64,000 bases of DNA from an uncultured Acidimicrobiales bacterium (GTDB taxonomy: Bacteria > Actinomycetota > Acidimicrobiia > Acidimicrobiales > SHLQ01), in contig CALKGG010000081.1 of the NCBI GenBank assembly GCA_938084885.1, positions 1,083-65,082 of the forward strand. The letters are read 5' to 3'. Positions within the stretch are counted from its first letter, which is position 1. Every line of letters begins with the position of its first letter. The notes under the pieces are model-generated. The model did not search any database. It was not told the DNA's origin and saw only the letters and a program-made list of their open reading frames with translations. Below, in pieces: positions 20,480 through 32,700 of this stretch. The position numbers were made by a program, and so were the translations under genes.

Positions 20480-21387
20480 GGCATCTGCGACAGGACAAGC
20501 CCATCGAGAATGTCGGCTTCAGAGACGAGAATGTCTTCGGCTCCGAAGTATCGGACGATCCGAGTAAGGATGCACATGCCGCCAACGATCGTGTCGACAC
20601 GGCCTTCATCGAGCCCGGGGTTGAACTTGCGATCCTCGCGAGATTCGGTCACCAGCGTGCGATACACGTCCTCGACTGCCTCACGAGTCAGACGGAAATG
20701 GTGGATCTGGTCTCGGTCGTACTCGGCGAGGCCAATCTCGACTGCCGCCGCCGTCGAAACCGTGCCAGCGAGCCCGACCAGTTGACGAGCAGCCATTGCC
20801 ATGGGCACCTCACGGGCCACATCGTCCAGATGCGTTTCGGCAACGGACAAACACGCAACCAATTCTTCTGGCCGTGGCGGGTCACTCTCGACGTATTTCT
20901 CGGTGAAGCGAACACTTCCCATATCGGTCGAAATGCCTCCCTCCATCCGAGAGCTACCAACCGCGAACTCTGTTGAGCCGCCGCCGATGTCGAACACCAG
21001 GAACGGACCGTCGGCGGGGTCGAGCTCGGCGGTTGCTCCAAGAAATGACAGCTCGGCCTCTTCCTCTCCTGAGATGAGCTCAGGTCGAACGCCGACGGTG
21101 TTTTCGGACACGTCGAAGAACGCGTCGCGGTTCTCGGCGTCCCGCGCCGCCGATGTTGCGGTCATACGGACTCCGGCGAGCTCGTAGTCGTCCATGATCG
21201 AGGAATATCGAACGAGCGCTTCGCGGACACGTTCGATGCCTTCGTCTGAGAGCCTGCCCGTGGCATCGACACCTCGACCAAGGCCGGTGATCGTCATCTC
21301 CCGCTCGAAGGTTGTGGCTCCGTCGCCGATGATCAGACGGGTCGAATTGGTACCGCAATCAATACCGGCATAGATCGGTTTGGACAT
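20476..21387 (-). CDS. ppx: Exopolyphosphatase / Ppx-GppA family phosphatase
   Basis: ASKHA phosphate-1 motif AGIDCGTNSTRLII and DIGGGSTEF. Confidence 0.85.
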   Translation of the reverse strand: MSKPIYAGIDCGTNSTRLIIGDGATTFEREMTITGLGRGVDATGRLSDEGIERVREALVRYSSIMDDYELAGVRMTATSAARDAENRDAFFDVSENTVGVRPELISGEEEAELSFLGATAELDPADGPFLVFDIGGGSTEFAVGSSRMEGGISTDMGSVRFTEKYVESDPPRPEELVACLSVAETHLDDVAREVPMAMAARQLVGLAGTVSTAAAVEIGLAEYDRDQIHHFRLTREAVEDVYRTLVTESREDRKFNPGLDEGRVDTIVGGMCILTRIVRYFGAEDILVSEADILDGLVLSQMP

Positions 21388-21465
21388 ATGCCGCCAAGTC
21401 TAGGGGATCTCGTGTGGCGACCTTTGGTCGATCGATCCAACCCCGAAGCGTCGAGGCTGGAACCG

Positions 21466-22545
21466 CTAGCGTTTGCTTGGCCACGAGGCGGAGTCGACCT
21501 CGTGGAGATGGTCAGCAACCCATTGCCCAACAGGATCATCGCCGCCCGCGAGATGGTAGCCATAGTGCGCGTGCAGACACTTCACGCCGTTACGGGTGCC
21601 ACCAACCCCTCCGGTCGGCACGTGCGTTGGCGTCGTGGCGATCGTCGCGAGGATTGCATCGCGTTCGGCGCGGTACCTGTCGTGGGTGGCGTTCACTGCG
21701 TCAAGACCGACGTCGGCCTCGGATCGACGCACACCTTTCATGGCCTCCAAACGCCCAACCAACATCGACTCGCGCTCGCCGCAGAGCCAATACAAGGTCG
21801 GCATTGGCCGTCCGTCGACGAGCACCGGGTGGTTCTTCAACACGACCGGACGGCCATCACCGTCGCGTGCAACCACCTCGAACGCGCCCATAGGTTCGCG
21901 ACCGAGTAGCTCACGAACCACAAGACGGTCGGCGTAGCGCTGCCGGACATCGCCGAGACTTTCGATCGTGTCGACGTCGGTGGGGTCGCCCGCACTCGGC
22001 ACCTCGGTAACCCTGTCCAACGATGCAGCAATGAGCTCGCGCGCTCCGGCGTCGCCAGTTTGTGGCAACTCGGACCACACTGAGGAATCGAGCCGAGCCG
22101 GAGGGCGACGCTTCGCTCCGAACGTCGCGACCGCGAGTGGGGTGTCTGTAGCCGAGCGCACGCCTGCCCACGTGCGCGCTCCAACGAGCGGCTGGTCGGC
22201 GACGCCGATCACCATCGATGAGAATCCGTTCTCGGCGGCAAAGGTGGCCGCAGCGTGCACCGATTGGCTTTGGCCATCAGCCCAATTCGGGCTCGCAATG
22301 ACGTGTACGCCTTCGGGAATGAGATCGGCAAAGTCGTCGTCGCCAACGACCACCGCAACGGCATCGAATCCGGCATCCAACACGGCGTCGAGCGAGTGAG
22401 ACAGCACGGCCTTGTTTCCAACAATCGCCCGAAGCTTGTGCTGCTCACCAGCAAAACGTGTGCCCGCTCCCGCAGCCAACAGCACGCCAAGCGAGCGGGA
22501 ATCGAACGGATCGTTGCTGTTTGCTTTCGTGGATTCGTTGGCCAT
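21466..22545 (-). CDS. Fusion protein: MobA/MocA-like nucleotidyltransferase domain plus DUF501 domain
   Basis: ATG at 22545. The longer ORF-track extension to 23019 overlaps a convincing plus-strand gene. N-terminal part: LGVLLAAGAGTRF...DVDTIESL. It is continuous with a DUF501-type sequence (DRLVVRELLGREPMGAFEVV..RPMPTLYWLCGERESMLVGRLEA..GTRNGVKCLHAHYGYHLAGG). Confidence 0.7.
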   Translation of the reverse strand: MANESTKANSNDPFDSRSLGVLLAAGAGTRFAGEQHKLRAIVGNKAVLSHSLDAVLDAGFDAVAVVVGDDDFADLIPEGVHVIASPNWADGQSQSVHAAATFAAENGFSSMVIGVADQPLVGARTWAGVRSATDTPLAVATFGAKRRPPARLDSSVWSELPQTGDAGARELIAASLDRVTEVPSAGDPTDVDTIESLGDVRQRYADRLVVRELLGREPMGAFEVVARDGDGRPVVLKNHPVLVDGRPMPTLYWLCGERESMLVGRLEAMKGVRRSEADVGLDAVNATHDRYRAERDAILATIATTPTHVPTGGVGGTRNGVKCLHAHYGYHLAGGDDPVGQWVADHLHEVDSASWPSKR

Positions 22546-22597
22546 GGTCTCGATCGTGAGGAGGGAAGCAGCGGACAAGGTGGATAAGGTCGGTCGA

Positions 22598-23038
22598 ATG
22601 GACCAGCCAGATCTGACGTTTTCTCCGCCAGCATTTCGGGCCATCGTGTTGATGGCCGACGCCGTGCAGGTTACCGATGGAAAGCTCTTCATTCTCGGTG
22701 GGGGCCTCGGACTTATTGGACCAAAGCCCCAAACCATCTCGGTCGCGATTCGAATTGGCGTCCCATGGGACCTTGCGAACGTCAAACACGAGTGGCAACT
22801 GGCGCTGACCGACGAGGATGGCCGTCCGGTCCTGATCGCCGAGAAGCCTGTCGGCATCAACGGCCAGTTCGAAGCAGGACGTCCGCCCGGGCTAGCACCA
22901 GGTAGCGAACTTTGGGTGTCGCTCGGGGTCAACTTTGGCCCCCTCCCGCTCGAACGCGGGAAGCGCTTTACCTGGACGCTCTCGGTAAACGGGACGACGT
23001 CGGAACATTGGACGGCCAACTTCTCGGTTCGTCCGTAA
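22598..23038 (+). CDS. Hypothetical protein (146 aa), predicted beta-rich, no recognised motif
   Basis: ATG at 22598 (MDQPDLTFSPPAFRAIVLMADAVQVTDGKLFILGGG...). Protein-like composition. Divergent from the MocA-DUF501 gene across 52 bp. Confidence 0.6.
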   Translation: MDQPDLTFSPPAFRAIVLMADAVQVTDGKLFILGGGLGLIGPKPQTISVAIRIGVPWDLANVKHEWQLALTDEDGRPVLIAEKPVGINGQFEAGRPPGLAPGSELWVSLGVNFGPLPLERGKRFTWTLSVNGTTSEHWTANFSVRP

Positions 23039-23049
23039 GCACCAGCTGG

Positions 23050-23922
23050 TTAGGTCCGGTGGATAGCGCCGTGGGTGTTGGTGAGCGCCGGAACATCTCT
23101 ACCGGTCCGTAACGCAATGATCTCGGCGACGATCGAAATTGCTGTTTCTTCGGGGGTCCTCCCGCCGAGGTCGATTCCGATCGGCGAGCGGAGACGAGCC
23201 AACTCGTCGTTGGTCAACCCTGCATCGATCAACCGCTTCGTGCGATCGTCATGGGTGCGTCGAGATCCCATCACCCCGATGTACCCAACGTTGGTCGCGA
23301 GCGCCGAGGTGATTGCAGGAATATCGAACTTTGCGTCGTGGGTGAGCACTGCCACGGCGTCGCGTTCTCCAAGTTGGTCTCCAACCTCCTCGAGGAGGCG
23401 GTTTGGCCAGTCGACGGCGACAACATCGGCGCGCGGGAAACGCTTTTTCGTAGCGAACATCGGCCTCGCGTCGCAGACCGTTACCCGGTAGCCCAAGAAT
23501 TTCGCCACATTGGTGAGCGCTGCGGTGAAATCGACCGCACCAAAGATCAGCATCTGTGGGGGCGGTGCAAAGCTCTCGATAAACACCGACACTTCGTCGC
23601 TCCGGGCTTGGCCCTGTGGGCCGTAGCGGCGAATGCCGGTTCGTCCCGCGGCGAGCTCGCCAAGCATGTCTCGTCCAACGACTCGGTCGAGGTCGACGTC
23701 ACCGAGCGATCCGAGCGTTTCGGGATCGGTCGACGAAATCGATGTGCTGACCAGCAACTTTGCTCCGAGGTGCGGGCCTTCGATCACGGTGGCAAGAGCG
23801 ACCGGCGTCTCTGCACCGATCAGGTCGCGCAACCGGGCGAACAGCGGCGTGGCAATCTCAGAATCTGCAGTCACAACTACCAGTCCAGCGGTTCGATGAA
23901 GAGGTGGATTGTTCCGCCGCAC
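23050..23922 (-). CDS. XdhC/CoxF/CoxI-family molybdoenzyme maturation protein (N-terminal domain plus Rossmann-like C-terminal domain)
   Basis: XdhC_CoxI-like N-terminus (LFARLRDLIGAETPVALATVIEGPHLGAKLLV). C-terminal Rossmann part (QMLIFGAVDFTAALTNVAKFLGYRVTVCDARP ... GSRRTHDDR). An alternative GTG start at 23874 lies 2 nt after the upstream stop. Confidence 0.8.
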   Translation of the reverse strand: MRRNNPPLHRTAGLVVVTADSEIATPLFARLRDLIGAETPVALATVIEGPHLGAKLLVSTSISSTDPETLGSLGDVDLDRVVGRDMLGELAAGRTGIRRYGPQGQARSDEVSVFIESFAPPPQMLIFGAVDFTAALTNVAKFLGYRVTVCDARPMFATKKRFPRADVVAVDWPNRLLEEVGDQLGERDAVAVLTHDAKFDIPAITSALATNVGYIGVMGSRRTHDDRTKRLIDAGLTNDELARLRSPIGIDLGGRTPEETAISIVAEIIALRTGRDVPALTNTHGAIHRT

Positions 23923-24191
23923 GTGAGTCCCACGGCGAACGCTTCATCGTCGGAGTACCCGAACGTGACGGTTCGGCGATCTCCCGTTTCGATGATCTCA
24001 AGTGCCTCGGTAACGACCGCACCTTCGACGCATCCACCCGATACCGATCCAGCGACCTCGCCGTCCTCGTTGACCGCCATTGCCGCGCCAGGCAGCCGTG
24101 GCCCTGACCCATCGAGGTCGACGACCCGAGCAACAGCAATGGCCTTGCCCTGTCGCTGCCATCGATCGAGATCGTTCAACAGTTCCTTCAT
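23877..24191 (-). CDS. Stand-alone XdhC_CoxI N-terminal-domain protein (104 aa)
   Basis: KAIAVARVVDLDGSGPRLPGAAMAVNEDGEVAGSVSGGCVEGAVV matches the N-terminal domain of XdhC-like proteins. No Rossmann half. Confidence 0.7.
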   Translation of the reverse strand: MKELLNDLDRWQRQGKAIAVARVVDLDGSGPRLPGAAMAVNEDGEVAGSVSGGCVEGAVVTEALEIIETGDRRTVTFGYSDDEAFAVGLTCGGTIHLFIEPLDW

Positions 24192-24252
24192 AGCTCCCCC
24201 TGCCCCGTGCGGTTACCCAGCCCTGGAACACCCCTAACGGTAGCAAGCAACG

Positions 24253-25443
24253 TCACGCGCCGACCGCTTCGGACAGTGCGGTCAACGAGTCCAAGCAATG
24301 CCCTTCGAGGAACGTGTCAATGTGGGGCATCGCTGCGGCCATACCCCGGGCGATTGGCTCGTAGCCCGGCGTCACCTTCAACGGGTTCACCCACACGACA
24401 CGATGGGCAGTTCGAGACAAGCGCTCCATCTCCTCAGACATCTGCTCTGGCTCACCGCGATCCCAACCATCGGAGAGGATCACCACGATCGACCCTCGGG
24501 CCATCCCTCGCACGCCCCAGACGTCGTTGAACTCTTTGATGCCGTCGCCGAGCCGGGTCCCTCCCGACCAGTCGGCGACCTGCTCGGTGGCCGCCGCAAC
24601 CGCCTCGTCAACATCGTGACTGTTCAGTTGGCGGGTCATTCGCGTGAGCCGGGTACCCAAACCAAAGACTTCGACACGTCCGCGCCCAACGACCGCAGCG
24701 TGCGCGAAGCGAATGAGCACCCGAGCGTACGCTTCCATCGAACCGCTGACGTCGAGCAACAGAATGAGCCGACGAGTCCGGGTTCCGGTCGTCGTCCGAC
24801 TCAACTGCAGCGGCTCTCCCCCAGTTTTCATCGCTGCTCGAACCGTGCGCCGGAGGTCGTTGCGGTCACCTCCGGGCGAGGCCACTCGACGGCGAGAGGC
24901 TCGCACCGCCGGCTGTAGCTTCATTCGGTTCATCACTTTTTGCGCTTCGTACATTTCTTCGCGGGTGAACTCGGCGAAGTCTTTTTGGTTGAGTGTCTCC
25001 GACGCGCTGTACCGCAGCGCCATGACCTCGTCGTCGCTGCTCTCCCCGTCTCCCTCGCCTGTGCCGTCGTCGGTGCCGAGGGTCGCCGATTCGGGTTCGT
25101 CCTCGAAGCGAACCTTAAAGCCGGTGCCGTTGCGATGAAAGTACGCAAGAAACATAGCGTCATACATTGCAATGTCTTCGGGGCGGGTCACCATCGTCGA
25201 CCGACCCGCCCAATACACATCGTGTCCATTGCCCATGCTCACAGCAATGAGCGCTTGGGTGAACAGCAGCGATGAACTGATCGGCACGGTCAGGCCACCG
25301 GTTCGAAGGCAATGGACAAAGCCGGTTGCCAGCCGTTCAAGCTCGGGCATCTTTGCGATCGGTGCGGCTTGGGAACTCTCGTCCACGTTGCTCGCCGGAC
25401 CGGACATACCCGAGATCGGCAACGAGAAATCGTCGTTGCTCAT
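24253..25443 (-). CDS. VWA-domain protein, CoxE-like
   Basis: MIDAS motif LLLDVSGSM in the C-terminal VWA domain. Directly downstream of the MoxR ATPase gene. Confidence 0.8.
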   Translation of the reverse strand: MSNDDFSLPISGMSGPASNVDESSQAAPIAKMPELERLATGFVHCLRTGGLTVPISSSLLFTQALIAVSMGNGHDVYWAGRSTMVTRPEDIAMYDAMFLAYFHRNGTGFKVRFEDEPESATLGTDDGTGEGDGESSDDEVMALRYSASETLNQKDFAEFTREEMYEAQKVMNRMKLQPAVRASRRRVASPGGDRNDLRRTVRAAMKTGGEPLQLSRTTTGTRTRRLILLLDVSGSMEAYARVLIRFAHAAVVGRGRVEVFGLGTRLTRMTRQLNSHDVDEAVAAATEQVADWSGGTRLGDGIKEFNDVWGVRGMARGSIVVILSDGWDRGEPEQMSEEMERLSRTAHRVVWVNPLKVTPGYEPIARGMAAAMPHIDTFLEGHCLDSLTALSEAVGA

Positions 25444-25452
25444 AACGACGAG

Positions 25453-26364
25453 TCAGGCGCCCAACGCAATTTCGATCACGCTTTCAATTCCCGCACGCCG
25501 AGCCCGCTCTTGATCTTCGCGGTACTTCAGCAGCGTGCCAAGCGTGGCATCGACCGACTCGGCGGTCAGCGTTGTTTCAGCTAGCAGGTGCAGCGCGTTG
25601 GCCCAGTCGAGCGTTTCGGCAATACCTGGAGGCTTGTACATGCCCATGTCACGGAACTGCCCGGTGGCCGACGCGACTTGACGGGCGAGCGCCGCTGGAA
25701 CCTTCGGCGCCTTCCGCTCGATGATCTGCACCTCACGCTCAAAGTCGGGATGTTCAACCCAGTGATAGAGCGCTCGACGCTTCAGCGCGTCGTGCACATC
25801 TCGGGTTCTGTTCGAGGTAATGATGACCATCGGCGGCTGTTCGGCACGAAACGCTCCGAGTTCGGGCACCGTCACCGAATAGTCGCTAAGCGCCTCAAGA
25901 AGGAACGCTTCAAACTCGTCGTCGGCCCGATCTACCTCGTCGATTAGCAGGACGGGTGGCACGTCCGAACGGTGATCGATTGCCTGAAGGAGCGGCCGCC
26001 GGATGAGAAATCGGTCGGTGAACAGCTCGTCTTCGAGGTCGTCTGCCGCGGCATCGGCGGCAATTCCGGTCGCTTCGGCAGTTCGTAGATGCAGCAGCTG
26101 ACGTGTGTAGTTCCACTCGTAGAGCGCCTGGGAGACGTCGATTCCCTCGTAGCACTGCAACCGAATCAGTTCAGCACCGGTAGCTGCGGCAATGACCTTT
26201 GCGACTTCGGTCTTGCCAACGCCGGCGTCTCCCTCGAGCAGCAGCGGCCGTTCGAGCTCGGCGGCGAGAAAAATCGACGTCGCGAGGCCCCGGTCGGCGA
26301 GGTACTGGTGTTCGTCGAGGCGCAGTAGGACAGCATCGACCGATGACAACTCACTGCGCCCCAT
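25453..26364 (-). CDS. MoxR-family AAA+ ATPase, CoxD-like
   Basis: Walker A GDAGVGKTEVAK and Walker B LLIDEVDRA. About 300 aa, typical of MoxR. Confidence 0.85.
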   Translation of the reverse strand: MGRSELSSVDAVLLRLDEHQYLADRGLATSIFLAAELERPLLLEGDAGVGKTEVAKVIAAATGAELIRLQCYEGIDVSQALYEWNYTRQLLHLRTAEATGIAADAAADDLEDELFTDRFLIRRPLLQAIDHRSDVPPVLLIDEVDRADDEFEAFLLEALSDYSVTVPELGAFRAEQPPMVIITSNRTRDVHDALKRRALYHWVEHPDFEREVQIIERKAPKVPAALARQVASATGQFRDMGMYKPPGIAETLDWANALHLLAETTLTAESVDATLGTLLKYREDQERARRAGIESVIEIALGA

Positions 26365-26386
26365 TGCAGACCCCCTTCATTGCTGA

Positions 26387-29173
<2,787 letters not shown>

Positions 29174-29188
29174 GGACAGACTCCGAAA

Positions 29189-29731
29189 CTAGGGAGCGAC
29201 GATGACGAACGACTCGTCGTCCCATGAGCCAAGTCGAGACTCAACGGCAAAGCCCTCGGTAAACTCTTCGAGAAGCGCGGCGCCATCGATCTCCTCGCCA
29301 CGAGCATCAACAAGTTCATTCGCGACCAACATGTTCAGCAGCGCAAAGAACTCCGGCGACTCGAATTCGAGAAAACCAAGCTGTAGCGGCTCGGGGGACA
29401 AGCCGGGGAGGATGACCGGCGTTTCTGCGTTGGTGATCGTGTCTCGTTGCGACTGCCACAGTGCGTCGTCGATACCGCCGCCTTCGGTTTCGAAGTAGTC
29501 GACGATCGCCGCGCCCCGAAGCACTTCGGTACCGACGGCGCGAATGAGCTCTGCGGGCAGCGTCCGTATCTCGGTGTCGGGCTCGACACCGCCGGCCAGC
29601 GAGATGAGCAGGCTTTGCAACTCTTGTCGACTTAGCGAATCGTCACCGGCGATAAGTGCGTCGCGCTGAGCACCATTGCACGCAGTGAGCAGCATCACGA
29701 GGAGGACAAAAAGAGCGAGTCGACGATTCAC
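29189..29731 (-). CDS. Putative lipoprotein (SurA-N-like?), function unknown
   Basis: Signal peptide plus lipobox MNRRLALFVLLVMLLTAC. Confidence 0.6.
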   Translation of the reverse strand: MNRRLALFVLLVMLLTACNGAQRDALIAGDDSLSRQELQSLLISLAGGVEPDTEIRTLPAELIRAVGTEVLRGAAIVDYFETEGGGIDDALWQSQRDTITNAETPVILPGLSPEPLQLGFLEFESPEFFALLNMLVANELVDARGEEIDGAALLEEFTEGFAVESRLGSWDDESFVIVAP

Positions 29732-29788
29732 AGTCGGAGTTTACTCGTCGTCGACGGGCAGTCGCGTTTCAACGGCCCGAGCCCTCGC

Positions 29789-32700
29789 CTATTCCGCAGG
29801 CAGCAGATCTTCTAGCGCCGTCACAATGTTCTGGGCAATGTTGCCCTTCTTCATGGCGAGCTGCAGGAAACCGCCGTCGGCAGGTTTGTACACCGAATGC
29901 TTGTAGATCCGGTCGAGGCGAATCTGCTTCGAGGTTGGCAGCTCAATCGGCGACATCCGAACCACAAAGTCGGGGCCACCAAATCCGGGCCCCTTGCCCA
30001 CCGTCAGCTCGGTAATACCAATTCGTAAACATGCCGCTCGCACCCGCGCAACATCGAGAAGATTCTCGGCTGGCTCGGGTACTGGGCCGTAACGGTCGAT
30101 CCATTCGGCGCTGATGTCGGTAACTTGATCAGCGGTCTTGACCGCGGCCAGGCGACGGTACGCCTCGAGCCGCTGGTCTTCGGTTTCCATGTAGCTGTCG
30201 GGCAAAAAGGCCTTGACTGGTAACTCGACTGAAAGTTCGTCGACCTCATCGACCGTCTCACCCTTCAGCTCGCTCACTGCTTCGGTCACCATCTGGCAGT
30301 ACAGATCGTAACCAACAGCTGCGATATGGCCGGATTGTCCCGTGCCGAGCAGATTGCCCGCTCCTCGAATTTCGAGGTCTCGCATCGCAATTTTGAACCC
30401 AGATCCGAGCTCGGTCGCTTCGCCGATCGTCTTCAACCGTTCGTACGCCTGCTCGGTCAGTGACTTGTCAGGCGGCACCATGAGATAGGCATACGCCCGT
30501 TGACCGGAACGTCCAACACGCCCACGCAATTGGTGCATCTGTCCAAGGCCGAGAAGGTCGGCGCGATCGACAACGAGCGTGTTGACCGACGGCATGTCAA
30601 TGCCCGTCTCGATGATCGTCGTGCAGACGAGCACGTCATACTCGCCTTCCCAGAAGTCAAACACGACCTGTTCGAGGCTGGCCTCGTCCATCTGTCCATG
30701 CGCGATCGCTACACGAGCCTCGGGGACCATCTCGCGCACCTTCGCTGCAGTGTGATCGATATCGAGCACACGATTGTGCACGAAAAAGACTTGGCCTTCA
30801 CGAAGAAGCTCCCGCCGGATCGCCTCGGTAATTGCCCGGTCGCTCTGCTCGCCGACATAGGTAAGGATGGGCTGGCGTTCAGAAGGCGCGGTTGAAAGCA
30901 AGGTCATGTCCCGAATGCCGGTGAGGCTCATCTCGAGCGTTCTCGGCACCGGAGTCGCCGTCAGGGTGAGGACGTCAACGTCGGTTCGCAACGTCTTGAT
31001 CTTCTCTTTGTGCTTGACTCCAAACCGTTGCTCTTCGTCGACGACGAGAAGCCCGAGGTCCTTGAACTTGAGGTCTTGGTTGAGCATCCGATGCGTGCCG
31101 ATCAGGATGTCGACCTTGCCCTCGTTCGTCTCCTCGATGATCTTTCGAGCTTGCGCCGTGGTCAGGAAGCGGCTGAGCACCTCGACGCGCAACGGGAAGC
31201 TGGCAAAACGGTCCGAGAACGTCTGATGATGCTGTTGGGCAAGAAGCGTCGTCGGCACGAGCACGGCGACCTGTTTGTTGTCTTGGACGGCCTTGAACGC
31301 AGCGCGAATCGCGACCTCGGTCTTGCCGAACCCAACATCGCCAACGACGAGGCGGTCCATTGGATACGGCCGCTCCATGTCGGCCTTGACGTCGGCAATT
31401 GCTACGAGCTGGTCAGGGGTTTCTTCGTAGGGGAACGAGTCTTCGAGCTCACGCTGGAACGGTGTGTCCGGCGCGAACGCGTGGCCTTCGGCGTTGACCC
31501 GCTTTTGGTACAAGACAACGAGTTCTTGTGCGATCTCGCTGACTTCGGATCGAACCTTCGCCTTTGCTTTGGACCAGTCGCTACCGCCCATCTTTGACAG
31601 CGTTGGGCTGTCACCGCCGGTGTAGTGACGGACCGACGCAATCTGGTCTGTCGGGATGTAGAGCTTGTCGTCGCCGCGATAGGCAAGCAGCAAGTAGTCG
31701 CGTTCAACCCCGCCGATCGCACGGGTCACCATGCCGGTGAATCGGGCGACGCCATGCTGGTGGTGGACCACATAGTCGCCGGGTGCAAGATCGTCGAAGG
31801 TGTCTTGGGAGGTAGTGGCTCGTTTGCGAGCCTTACGATGTGTGCGACGACGACCAGTCAGATCGGATTCGCTCATCACAGCGAGCTTTGACGAGGTGAA
31901 CACCGCCCCTCGTTCGAGTGGGGCAACGACGATCCCTGATGTTCCAGCGTCGACGTCGGCGAGCGAGTCGAGCACCGGCAGATGGATACCATGGTCGGCG
32001 AGTAGGACAGCCAACCGGGGAGCTGTACCCGTACCGTCGGCACCGATCACAATCTGGAAGCCGTCGCGTGTGAGTTGATGGAGTTGGTTGACGAGCGGCG
32101 GCGGATCACCGAGTGGGGTTTCCCATCCAGTCGCCGCAACCACAGCAACGTCGGGCCCCTCGGGCGCAGTGGTCATGGTCCACACGGGACACTCGCTGTG
32201 TTGCAAGATCCGGTCGAACGGGACATGAAGCCGCGGGAACTCTTCGTTCGTATCGGCGTCGTCGTCGATTGCACCCCACGTCCGTGCGAGCGTCGTTGCG
32301 AGATCGGCCTCTTCACTAGCAATGTCGGCGGCCCGATCGCGCAATCGGCGAGGCTCGACAAGCACGACAAGTGCATCGGAATCGATGTGATCAATCAGGA
32401 CCGAATCGCGGGTTGTTAGCCACGGGAGCCACGATTCCATCCCGTCGAAGAACTCACCGTCGGACAAGCGCTCCCAATGTTCGCGTCCCCACGGTTCGGA
32501 CGCGACGAGCGTTCGGGCTCGTTCTGCGATTGTTGCAGACGCAACGACTTCCCGAGCAGCATGGATAACGACCTCGGAGCGGGTGACGGTCGAGCGTTGA
32601 TCATTGACGCCGAACTCGCTCAGTCGGTCGACTTCGTCGCCCCACAGGTCGATGCGGATCGGCGCGTCTGCGGTACTTGGGAACACATCGACAATGGAGC

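Noticed and set aside
22546-23019. N-terminal extension of the MocA-DUF501 ORF (517-aa ORF-track entry).
   Set aside because: The extension is Ser/Pro/Arg-rich and overlaps the well-formed plus-strand gene at 22598-23038. The nucleotidyltransferase motif begins just after the ATG at 22545.
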